49,920 nt of DNA. Source: Patescibacteria group bacterium. GTDB taxonomy: Bacteria; Patescibacteriota; Minisyncoccia; Phycocordibacterales; WO2-35-19. The notes under the pieces were generated by a model. The model was given only the letters and a program-made list of their open reading frames with translations. It was not told the DNA's origin and did not search any database. Positions within the stretch are counted from its first letter, which is position 1. Each line of letters opens with the position of its first letter. A program made the position numbers and the translations under genes. Location of the stretch: assembly GCA_038064735.1 (NCBI GenBank), contig JBBTSI010000004.1:1-49920 (forward strand), written 5' to 3'. This document shows positions 38,881 through 47,478 of this stretch, one piece after another.

Positions 38881-41020
38881 ATTCATTTTCTGTTTCTTCA
38901 TTATTATCCGCTACAAACCCGCCTTCCGGTTTTATAAGAACTTCTCTTGGTTTGGATCCATTACCGACTCCGACGATTCCATTTTCTTCCAAAATATCTA
39001 TGATTTTTGCAGCTCTGGCATAGCCAATACCCAGCTTTCTTTGCAAGAAAGAAGTGGAGGCTTTGCCGGCGTTTATCACGATATCTTTGGCTTCATCATA
39101 CAAATCATCTTCATCACTACCGCCACCACCAGTCAGTGATTCAAAGAGCACATTTTTGCTGTTATCAGCAGCCATATCTATCTCTGTTGGTATATCGTCT
39201 TCGCTATTCTTTACCAAGTATTCTACTACTTTTTTGACTTCTGTTTCTGAAATAAAAGGGGATTGAAGTCTGACTGGTTTGGACATTTCTCCTGATATAT
39301 AAAGCATATCGCCGGCGCCAAGCAGTTTTTCGGCTCCTGCCGTGTCAAGGATGGTCCGAGAGTCAAATTGGGAAGCTACTTGAAGGGCTATACGGGCCGG
39401 TATATTGGCTTTGATGAGTCCGGTGATGACATTGACCGAAGGTCTTTGAGTGGAAAGTATGAGATGAATACCGACGGCTCGGCTCATTTGAGCTAGACGG
39501 ATAATAGCGGATTCAAGTTCTCTGGGGTATGCCTGCATAATGTCAGCTAGTTCATCAATAATAATTACAATGTAAGGCATTATCTCAGTGGTAGGTGAGG
39601 CAATATTTTTATGATATGACTCTATGTCTCGGACTTTGCTTTTTTCCAAAATATCATATCTACGTTCCATTTCTTTGGCTGCCCATTTGAGAGACATAAT
39701 GACTTTTTTGGCGTCGGTGATGACCGGAGTCAGGAGATGAGGAATTTTATTGTATTGAGTGAGTTCTACTCTCTTTGGGTCTATCATTATAAATTTCAAA
39801 TTTTCTGGTGAATTACGGAAAAGCAGGGAATTAATCAGGACGTGGATAGCGACTGATTTACCACTACCGGTGGCTCCGGCTATGAGCAAGTGAGGCATCT
39901 TGGCGATATTGGCAAAACTGGAAACGCCGGATATGCCTTTACCCAAAGCGACAGTCAAAGCTTTGTCCGAATCAGTATAACCGCTTTGAGAGAGGATGGA
40001 AGCCATACCTACGGTGGTCTTGACGGTGTTTGGTATTTCAATACCTACCAAAGATTTGCCGGGGATAGGAGCTTCTATGCGCACTGGGTGAGCCGCTAAA
40101 GCTAACTCCAAATTATTTTGCAGCCCGAGGATTTTAGAAAGTTTGACTCCTTCGGCTGGTTTGAGGGCATATCTGGTGACCGAAGGACCGATGGATATTT
40201 CATCCATTTCTACAATAATGCCAAAATTCTGCAAAGTTCTTTTTATGATATTTGAATTGGCTTTAATATCACCTACTTCAGGCCTGCCCCTATCTCTTTC
40301 AAGGAGTGATAGCGGGGGAGGAGTATAGGGTTTGAGTGATATGCTATTTCGGCGGATACCAAGTTCGTTGTCTTCTTCTGAAGAGATAGATTTTTTATTT
40401 GAAGATTGAACGGCGGGCACAGCTATTTTGGGTTGGGGAATTTCTTTCGCTTCACTGCTATCTAATATAGTCACTTCTTTTTCTTCAGTTTCTTCTTCCT
40501 CATCTTCTTCGTTCTCGTTTTTCTTCTTTCTAAATATATTAATAAATGAAGAAAAGTTGATAGCGGTATCAAATATTATAAGAATACTGATGACGACGAG
40601 CGCCCCTAAGATGACCGGAGTCCCATAGCCAAACAATTGAGTGAGTGGTTTTTGTATAAAGTTGCCCACCAGACCGCCTTTGTTTGCGAAGGCCAAATCT
40701 AACAAAGCAAGGGAAGAGAGCAAAAAGATGCCGGACCCGATAGCCCTCACGGCTCCAAAAGAGTGTCTTATGGATTTGGCAAAAGATACAGAAAGCAGAA
40801 GTGAAAGAATAGGGAGCAACAAATAGCCCCAACCAAAAAATTTCTCTAACAATTCATAAACAATATTGATACCTCCGGCCATACCAAATCGGGCGAGGAC
40901 CAATATAACAAACAGTACAAAAAATGAGACAGCAAATATCCATGAAGTAGTTTCATCTTTTAATCTTTTCATTTTGGGTTGGTCTGATTTTTTTTCTTTC
41001 TTGTTATTCTTTTTTGCCAT
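38873..41020 (-). CDS. ftsK: DNA translocase FtsK/SpoIIIE
   Basis: N-terminal TMs; PHLLIAGATGSGKS, IDELAD, TQRPS; gamma domain ASTSFLQRKL.IGY.RAA. Confidence 0.96.
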   Translation of the reverse strand: MAKKNNKKEKKSDQPKMKRLKDETTSWIFAVSFFVLFVILVLARFGMAGGINIVYELLEKFFGWGYLLLPILSLLLSVSFAKSIRHSFGAVRAIGSGIFLLSSLALLDLAFANKGGLVGNFIQKPLTQLFGYGTPVILGALVVISILIIFDTAINFSSFINIFRKKKNENEEDEEEETEEKEVTILDSSEAKEIPQPKIAVPAVQSSNKKSISSEEDNELGIRRNSISLKPYTPPPLSLLERDRGRPEVGDIKANSNIIKRTLQNFGIIVEMDEISIGPSVTRYALKPAEGVKLSKILGLQNNLELALAAHPVRIEAPIPGKSLVGIEIPNTVKTTVGMASILSQSGYTDSDKALTVALGKGISGVSSFANIAKMPHLLIAGATGSGKSVAIHVLINSLLFRNSPENLKFIMIDPKRVELTQYNKIPHLLTPVITDAKKVIMSLKWAAKEMERRYDILEKSKVRDIESYHKNIASPTTEIMPYIVIIIDELADIMQAYPRELESAIIRLAQMSRAVGIHLILSTQRPSVNVITGLIKANIPARIALQVASQFDSRTILDTAGAEKLLGAGDMLYISGEMSKPVRLQSPFISETEVKKVVEYLVKNSEDDIPTEIDMAADNSKNVLFESLTGGGGSDEDDLYDEAKDIVINAGKASTSFLQRKLGIGYARAAKIIDILEENGIVGVGNGSKPREVLIKPEGGFVADNNEETENESR

Positions 41021-41096
41021 CCCGTTAGAAATAGGAAATACTATTTCCGTAGTTAATTTATAATCCCATGAATCTCGTTAGTAAATTTCTAACGGG
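41021..41096. mobile_element. start-codon-associated TIR element, copy 3 (ftsK)
   Basis: minus strand ATGGT-CCCGTTAGAAAT...ATTTCTAACGGG-ATGGC. Confidence 0.85.
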
Positions 41097-41120
41097 ACCA
41101 TATATAAATAATATCATAAT

Positions 41121-41173
41121 GAAAAGCCAAGGACGAACCTTAAAAAGTCCCCAAGGTTCGTCCTTGGCTTTTC
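41121..41173. repeat. inverted REP-like doublet related to the RAYT-flanking palindromes
   Basis: GAAAAGCCAAGGACGAACCTT-N11-AAGGTTCGTCCTTGGCTTTTC. Confidence 0.7.
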
Positions 41174-41313
41174 TTGACTTCTTGTAAAGGACAGAATACT
41201 CTTATCTATAAAGACATATAAGTCGTTACTTGACGGCATAAGTCCGATAATGTGTAATGTAAAAGACATATAAAATATATAAGACAAAATAGATTTGTCC
41301 GATATTAAAAAAC

Positions 41314-42045
41314 ATGACCGAAAATATACAAAAAAATAACGATTTTTTAAATATTTATACTAAATCACATAGGCTGGCAGCCGCGGTTTTTATGGTCTCT
41401 AATATAATAGAGCAAAATGAGGGATTAAAGACAAAAATAAAAAATCTGTCTCTTGAGCTAGTTTCTCTGTCTGTTAAATTAAAAGACATAAATTTTCTTG
41501 ACGTTAAGAAATTAATAACAGACATTGAAAAAAATTCTTTAGAACTTATGTCTATGCTCGATATTGCTTGCGCCTCTGATTTGGTTTCCAAAATGAATAC
41601 CGGTGTTATCAAAAGCGAATTTCAATCTTTTATAATAGAGCTCAATAAGTTTGTCGAAAATTTTGAAAGCAATAAAAATATCTCTGTCAAGGGAGTATTT
41701 ACTGAGTCTCCCATTTTAAATATGGAGTTAAGTATTGGTAATAATTTAGAAAAAATAAATCCTGTAAATACTTACACAAATCACAATGGTGCATATAAAA
41801 ATGAGCAAAAAAGTGTACCAATAAATAGCTTCAAAAACGGTAACGGACACAAGAGAAAAGACTTGAGGAAGAACACAATCTTGGATTTTATTAAAGGACA
41901 TAATAACGTCAGTATAAAAGACATAGCTTCAAATATAACCGGATGCAGTGAAAAAACCATACAAAGAGAGCTTATTTCCCTCATAGAAGAAAGGAAGATA
42001 AAGAAAACAGGGGAGAGGAGATGGAGCAAGTATTCCGTATTATAG
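41314..42045 (+). CDS. helical N-terminal domain + C-terminal DeoR-like winged HTH protein
   Basis: RK..ILDFIK....VSIKDI....CSEKTIQREL..L......GERRW. Confidence 0.8.
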   Translation: MTENIQKNNDFLNIYTKSHRLAAAVFMVSNIIEQNEGLKTKIKNLSLELVSLSVKLKDINFLDVKKLITDIEKNSLELMSMLDIACASDLVSKMNTGVIKSEFQSFIIELNKFVENFESNKNISVKGVFTESPILNMELSIGNNLEKINPVNTYTNHNGAYKNEQKSVPINSFKNGNGHKRKDLRKNTILDFIKGHNNVSIKDIASNITGCSEKTIQRELISLIEERKIKKTGERRWSKYSVL

Positions 42046-42161
42046 AAGGGGAATTATGTATGGATCAGAAGTCATTTTTTCACCTCAAATGCGTCTTAAT
42101 TATAGAAGGGGTGTCGGTTTGACCAAAATCTCATAATATGCGATACTTTCTTATACCTTCC

Positions 42162-42207
42162 TTATCCACATGTTTCGTTTGAGAAGCTTGGATTAAGGCG
42201 GTAAAAT
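42162..42207 (+). promoter_or_regulatory. DnaA box plus sigma70 promoter for the surface protein gene
   Basis: TTATCCACA 42162-70; TTGAGA-17 nt-TAAAAT. Confidence 0.55.
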
Positions 42208-42470
42208 TCCTTTGTTACTAAATTTGCGATTTCTTGTCGATTACAGAGATCGTAGAGTTAGTTTAAATTGTTATTTATTTCAACAAATGAGGAGTAAAAT
42301 GAAAATTCATTTTCATTTTGTCCGAATGCAGTTGAAACAAGGATTATTAGTTTAATAATTATTAGTTTAAGTAAGCTTTGTGTTCACAAGACAAAAAGTT
42401 TGCTTAATAATCGTTTGGTACTTCATAAAAAATTTATAATAAAAATGAAGTTTCAAATGAATTCAAATTT

Positions 42471-44408
42471 ATGAATTTAAAATCAAAATTGTTCGCAGGC
42501 GCAGTAGGTGTTGCAATGGTTTTGGGTGTAGCATCTCCAATGATTGCTTCAGCTCAAACTGCTGCTGAACTTACAGCCCAAATCAATAGCTTGCTCGCTA
42601 TGATTGCACAACTCCAGTCACAAATTGCTGGTGGTGCATCTTCTGCTGCAGCTACAACCTTTACTAAAGACTTGACAGTCGGTTCAACAGGAGCAGAAGT
42701 TTCTGCTCTTCAGAGTTTCTTAGTATCAAAAGGTTTCCTTACTATGCCAGCAGGCGTAGCTATGGGTACTTTTGGTCCTTTGACTAAATCTGCTTTGGTT
42801 GCTTACCAAACTTCAGCTGGTATTACTCCAGCCGCTGGTTACTTTGGTCCTATCACTAGAGCTAAAGTCAACGCCGCAGCTCCTGTAGTAGTTACCCCTG
42901 GTACTACTCCATCTGTCCCTGGTGTTATCACTACTCCTGGTGTAGAAGGAACTCTTTCAGTCACTTCAAACAACTCAGGATTGGTTTCTACAGTTTACGA
43001 AGGTGATAGTGAAAAAGCTATCTATGGTTTCAATGTTGAAGCTAAGACTTCTGACATTGCTATCCAAAGAGTAAAAATTAATCTTGGAAGTGCTACTACT
43101 TTGTACAACAAAGGTTATGCAAAGATTTATTTGACCGATGGTTCAAATGTTCTTGCTTCATCTGATCTTAATTCCTCAACTGTTGTAAAAGATGGAGGTA
43201 ATTACTACATAACCTTGACCGGCTTTAACTTTGTTGTCCCTAAGGCTGCAAAGAAACAGTTGGTTATAAAGGCTGATGTTAGGTCTTCAATCGATTCTAC
43301 TGATAGAACAGCTTTGAACTTGCTTGCTGGTATACTTATTCCAGCAAACGGAGTAAGAGGAGTTGATGGTGCAGGTATTGACCAATATGGTGAGTCCGCA
43401 TTGTCTGCTAGAAATGTAACTTTCAGTGCTGATTTGACTGATAGTGCAGCTTTGAAAATCTCTCTTAACAATTCTTCACCTGTAGCACAAGATGTTGTTG
43501 CAGCAGATGGAGCTGAAAATGATGAACTTGATAAATTGACCCTCTTAACCTTTGATCTTAAATCTGAGAAAGATGCGATCACTTTGCAAGATCTCACAGT
43601 TAGATTGACTTATGCTGGTTCCGGAACAGCAACCGCTACTACTGTCTACTTGTATGAAGGTTCAACTGAATTAGATAATGCTTCAGTTGCTGCTACTAGC
43701 GCAACAGCCGCTAGCGCAAGTTTCACTGATTTGGAATACACTATTTCAAAAGATTCTACAAAAACTTTGACAGTTAAAGCTGATATTAGAACTGCTGACG
43801 GAACAATTAGAACTGTTTTGGCCGCAGTTACTGCAGGATCAGATGTTACTCCAGAAAACTCACTCGGTGATACTATAGTTGAGACTGGTTCTGCTACTGG
43901 TTATGCTATGGGTCTTAGAGACTCTGGTGTAGAACTCGCTTTGTCTTCAAAAGGTACTGCTGCAGTTTCTGGTACTAATGGTAATTCTACAGATATAAGT
44001 ACTTCTACTTTGACAGCAACATTTAATGTTAAAATCAAAGCAGTTGGTAACGATGTTATCTTGGGTACTGTTGGTTCAACCACTAACCCTCTGTTCTCTG
44101 CAAATAACTTTGTATTGTACAGAAATGGTGTCAAAGCTGTAGCTAGCGTTGCTACATCTACTTCATTCACTATTCCTTCAGCTTGTACAACCATTGTTGG
44201 TCAAGACAGCTGTACTTTGGCAGAAGGATCAGAAGTTACTATCCCAGTTACCTTCCAGATTCCTGGCAGAACAGCTGCACAAGCTGCTATTGCATCAGGT
44301 ATCTACTCTGTAGCACTTGAAGGAGCTACATGGGGTGTCACTCATCAAACATCAACCTTTATGGCTGGTGAACTTGCTTGGAGAACTAATGAAGTAAGCT
44401 TCCCTTAA
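42471..44408 (+). CDS. secreted peptidoglycan-binding, S-layer-like surface protein
   Basis: signal peptide; L.VGS.G.EV..LQ.FL...GYFGP.TR PG-binding domain; Thr/Ala/Ser-rich; strongly biased codons. Confidence 0.8.
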   Translation: MNLKSKLFAGAVGVAMVLGVASPMIASAQTAAELTAQINSLLAMIAQLQSQIAGGASSAAATTFTKDLTVGSTGAEVSALQSFLVSKGFLTMPAGVAMGTFGPLTKSALVAYQTSAGITPAAGYFGPITRAKVNAAAPVVVTPGTTPSVPGVITTPGVEGTLSVTSNNSGLVSTVYEGDSEKAIYGFNVEAKTSDIAIQRVKINLGSATTLYNKGYAKIYLTDGSNVLASSDLNSSTVVKDGGNYYITLTGFNFVVPKAAKKQLVIKADVRSSIDSTDRTALNLLAGILIPANGVRGVDGAGIDQYGESALSARNVTFSADLTDSAALKISLNNSSPVAQDVVAADGAENDELDKLTLLTFDLKSEKDAITLQDLTVRLTYAGSGTATATTVYLYEGSTELDNASVAATSATAASASFTDLEYTISKDSTKTLTVKADIRTADGTIRTVLAAVTAGSDVTPENSLGDTIVETGSATGYAMGLRDSGVELALSSKGTAAVSGTNGNSTDISTSTLTATFNVKIKAVGNDVILGTVGSTTNPLFSANNFVLYRNGVKAVASVATSTSFTIPSACTTIVGQDSCTLAEGSEVTIPVTFQIPGRTAAQAAIASGIYSVALEGATWGVTHQTSTFMAGELAWRTNEVSFP

Positions 44409-44466
44409 TCTAAGGACTTAAGAGCACTTGTGATTATCAAAAGCTTCGGCTAGCGATAATGCTCAC

Positions 44467-44492
44467 AAAAGCCCCGCGCAAGCGGGGCTTTT
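44467..44492 (+). terminator. intrinsic terminator
   Basis: AAAAGCCCCGC-gcaa-GCGGGGCTTTT. Confidence 0.8.
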
Positions 44493-44517
44493 GCTTTGCC
44501 TATTTTTTGTCTTTACC

Positions 44518-44548
44518 CATAATTCCAAGGACTGTCCTTGGAATTATG
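44518..44548. repeat. REP palindrome upstream of RAYT
   Basis: CATAATTCCAAGGAC-T-GTCCTTGGAATTATG perfect arms. Confidence 0.9.
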
Positions 44549-44561
44549 TTATTATTATTTT

Positions 44562-45218
44562 ATGTATAGAGAATTCAAATTTGCTCCAGAAGAGTATTAT
44601 CATATTTATAACAGAGGTACTGATAAAAGAGAAATTTTTACTAATGAAAAAGATTATGAAAGATTTATACAGTCTTTGTATCTATTTAATTCGGAAGAAC
44701 GAATTGTTTTAAAAATGATTTCAAAAAAGGATCGTTTTTCTTATGAAAGAGAAGAAACACTAGTTGATATTGGAGCATATTGTTTGATGTCCAATCATTT
44801 TCACTTACTCGTAAGAGCTAAAAATGATGAAGGAGTCAGTTCTTTTATGAAAAAATTGCAGACGTCTTATTCTATGTACTTTAATAAAAAATATGAAAGA
44901 AACGGGTCTTTGTTTCAGGGCCCTTTTAAAGCAGAACATGTTGGTAGAGACGAATATTTAAAATATCTTTTTGCTTATATACATTTGAATCCAATAAAAA
45001 TTATTGATCCAGAATGGAAAGAAAATGGTATAGCGGATATGTCAGAATCAAAAAATTATTTAAACTTGTATAAACACTCAAGTTATATAGATTATTTGGT
45101 AGGGGGTAGACAAGAGGCAAATATTTTAAATAAAGCGGTGTTTCCAGAATATTTCGAAGAACCTAAGGTTTTTGATGATTTTATAAATTTTTGGTTAACT
45201 TTCAAAAATAGGGTATAA
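44562..45218 (+). mobile_element. REP-associated tyrosine transposase (RAYT; IS200-like HUH Y1 family)
   Basis: YHIYNRG, AYCLMSNHFHLL (HUH), YFNKKY.R.GSLFQ, YIHLNP catalytic Tyr, SSY. Confidence 0.9.
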
Positions 45219-45241
45219 ATTCCAAGGACTGTCCTTGGAAT
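45219..45241. repeat. REP palindrome downstream of RAYT
   Basis: ATTCCAAGGACTGTCCTTGGAAT, identical to the core of 44518-44548. Confidence 0.9.
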
Positions 45242-45341
45242 AGGTGATAAAATACAGTATTGTTCCTAAAAAGCGGAATAATATGGATTAAAACGCAGTA
45301 TTTAAAGTTGCTGTATTTATAGCTTTTGATATCATTTATAT

Positions 45342-46631
45342 ATGCGGTATTTCGATAAAACTTTTTTTAAATTTACATTAGGATTTTTGGTTATTGTTGC
45401 GGTGAGTTTACTCATAATGTATGCCGCTTCCGCTTATGCTGTTGGAGTAGATAAAATTGTTTTTACCACTGAGCCTCAAACTATTAAACCAAATGAACTT
45501 TCAGGAGCGATAACCATCCAAACTCAAGATTTGGGGGGTAATTCTTTTCAAACTCCGGAAACTTTGGATATTCAGTATATTTCCACTTCCGCCACAGGAG
45601 AATTTTTGGGCAGTACCGGTAATCCAGCGACTACTTATATGAGCAAAAATACTGCCAACAAAACTTTTTATTACAAAGACGTCACTGAAGGCGTTTTTAC
45701 TATTACAATAAATGTAAGAGGCAGAGATACTGGGGTGGAATTAAATACTAGTCAACAAGTCACTGTTTCTTCAGGTACCCCTCAGAGCTCTCAAAATCCT
45801 CAAGGAGAAGTTTTAGGAACTTCAAGTGAGACTTCCTTATCTGGTAGTTCGTCTTCTTCGGGTGGGGGCAATACCACCAGAGTTTCTTCTTTAAATTCTC
45901 AACTGGATATTCAGGCGGGAAATGACAGAGCAACAACACCTGGCAGTCCGATTTGGTTTCAAGCAACTATCAAGAAAAACACAACAGGATTGAGTCCGGA
46001 TTTGAGCTGGTCTTTTGGTGATGGTCATGTCGGGACCGGCCCTTTGGTGAGCCACGAATATAAATATCCCGGGGATTATGCCGTGGTTTTGAGTAGTAGG
46101 GCGGGGGATATGTTTTCGGTCAGTAGACTCAAAGTCAAAGTAGCCAAGTCAAATATTTCAGTGGTGGATAAGGGTGAATATTTAGAAATTGTAAACAATG
46201 GCAGTTCGGAAATAAATCTTTTTAATTGGAAAATAGAAAATCAAGGCAAAGGATTCGTTTTTCAACCTAACACTATAATATTGCCTCATTCTTCTATAAA
46301 ACTAGATAAGAGTCTTTTAACAATGAAAGGTTTTGATAATAGTATGGGAACTTCTCTCAAAAATTGTTTGAAAGAAGAAGTTTTTGCGATTGCGCCGATT
46401 GAAAAGAAGGATTGGAGTGAAGTGGCTAAAAATGTTGATAATATAAAACAACAGGCTTTGGCGATACAAGCTAAGTTGCCAACCCCGAAAATAGAGGTCA
46501 AAAATACAGAAGTGGTTATAAATAACTTATTGGAAGCCACGACTAGTATTGATAATGTTATTTATGAAGTGCCCAAAGAAGAAGGTTTTTTCAAGCGGGC
46601 TTGGGGTTTTATTGCTGGTCTATTTGACTAA
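45342..46631 (+). CDS. secreted PKD-domain / lamin-tail-like protein
   Basis: signal/TM; WSFGDG....VSH.Y.YPG.Y.V.L PKD motif; EI.N.....INL..W. Confidence 0.8.
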   Translation: MRYFDKTFFKFTLGFLVIVAVSLLIMYAASAYAVGVDKIVFTTEPQTIKPNELSGAITIQTQDLGGNSFQTPETLDIQYISTSATGEFLGSTGNPATTYMSKNTANKTFYYKDVTEGVFTITINVRGRDTGVELNTSQQVTVSSGTPQSSQNPQGEVLGTSSETSLSGSSSSSGGGNTTRVSSLNSQLDIQAGNDRATTPGSPIWFQATIKKNTTGLSPDLSWSFGDGHVGTGPLVSHEYKYPGDYAVVLSSRAGDMFSVSRLKVKVAKSNISVVDKGEYLEIVNNGSSEINLFNWKIENQGKGFVFQPNTIILPHSSIKLDKSLLTMKGFDNSMGTSLKNCLKEEVFAIAPIEKKDWSEVAKNVDNIKQQALAIQAKLPTPKIEVKNTEVVINNLLEATTSIDNVIYEVPKEEGFFKRAWGFIAGLFD

Positions 46632-46658
46632 ATTTTAAATTCGGGTATGATGTAAATA

Positions 46659-46754
46659 ACGGCTTCGAAGACCATAGGCAACCATAAGTCCTGTGTTAGG
46701 AGTTTAATTACTCATTCCTTGCCCAGCCGTAGCTTTAGCGAAGGCGGGGGCCGT
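46659..46754 (+). promoter_or_regulatory. putative L10 leader (rplJ autoregulatory RNA) containing a family B repeat
   Basis: ACGGC...GCCGT closing stem; AAGACCATAGG...TAAGTCCTGTGTTAGG resembles the L10 leader; follows TTGACT-16-TATGAT. Confidence 0.55.
46717..46748 (+). repeat. family B palindrome, intergenic
   Basis: CCTTGCCCAGCCGTAGCTTTAGCGAAGGCGGG. Confidence 0.75.
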
Positions 46755-46773
46755 TTGGTCGAATTTTTTATTT

Positions 46774-46810
46774 CCTCCCCCTCTTAAAGTAAGAGGGGGC
46801 AAGGGGGTGA
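46774..46810. repeat. family C palindromic repeat
   Basis: CCTCCCCCTCTTAAAGTAAGAGGGGGCAAGGGGGTGA, close to 8487-8520. Confidence 0.75.
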
Positions 46811-46834
46811 TATTAAATTAAATTAATTATCAAA

Positions 46835-47323
46835 ATGGCAATTACAAAAGAAAAAAAGAAAGAAATTATCGCTGATTTGGAAAAGGTTTTGGCCAAATCC
46901 AAATCGGTAGTCTTTGTGCAATTCAACAAACTGCTCGTCAAAGATGTTTCTGTTATTAGAAGGTCTTTGAAAGAAGAGGGTGTTGGTTACGTGGTAGCCA
47001 AAAAGTCTCTTTTCAAAAGAGTTTTGGCAGCCAGCGGTATCAAAGGCACAGCTCCAAACTTAGAAGGGGAACTCGCTGTTACATACGGAGAAGATACACT
47101 TGCTCCATCTCGCAGTATTTATGAATTTCAAAAGAAGCTTGATGGTAAAGTCTCAATAATGGGAGGTATTTTTGATGGAGAATACAAATCTAAAGAAGAA
47201 ATGGTAAGCATTGCTTCCATCCCATCACTTGATGTCTTGCGTGGTATGTTCGTCAATATTTTGAACTCACCAATACAGAGATTTGCCGTAGCGCTTGGTC
47301 AGATATCAGAAAAGAAGTCTTAA
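46835..47323 (+). CDS. rplJ: 50S ribosomal protein L10
   Basis: MAITKEKK, V.KKSL, GGIFDG, LASIPS-like, upstream of rplL. Confidence 0.93.
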   Translation: MAITKEKKKEIIADLEKVLAKSKSVVFVQFNKLLVKDVSVIRRSLKEEGVGYVVAKKSLFKRVLAASGIKGTAPNLEGELAVTYGEDTLAPSRSIYEFQKKLDGKVSIMGGIFDGEYKSKEEMVSIASIPSLDVLRGMFVNILNSPIQRFAVALGQISEKKS

Positions 47324-47478
47324 TCGTTATTTGAAAATATTTTTCGTATATATTTTGAAATGCACGGATATTTTTCTGCTGAAAAATTCCGACGTAGCAG
47401 GCTCAGTCAAGCTCGCAAGGCATTTCAAAACACATACTCAAATATTTTCTTAAAAATTAAAAAATTAATTAAAATATT

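Noticed and set aside
42039-42111. 13-bp direct repeat ATTATAGAAGGGG, 60 bp apart
   Set aside because: Two copies only; not a CRISPR, and no cas genes in the window.
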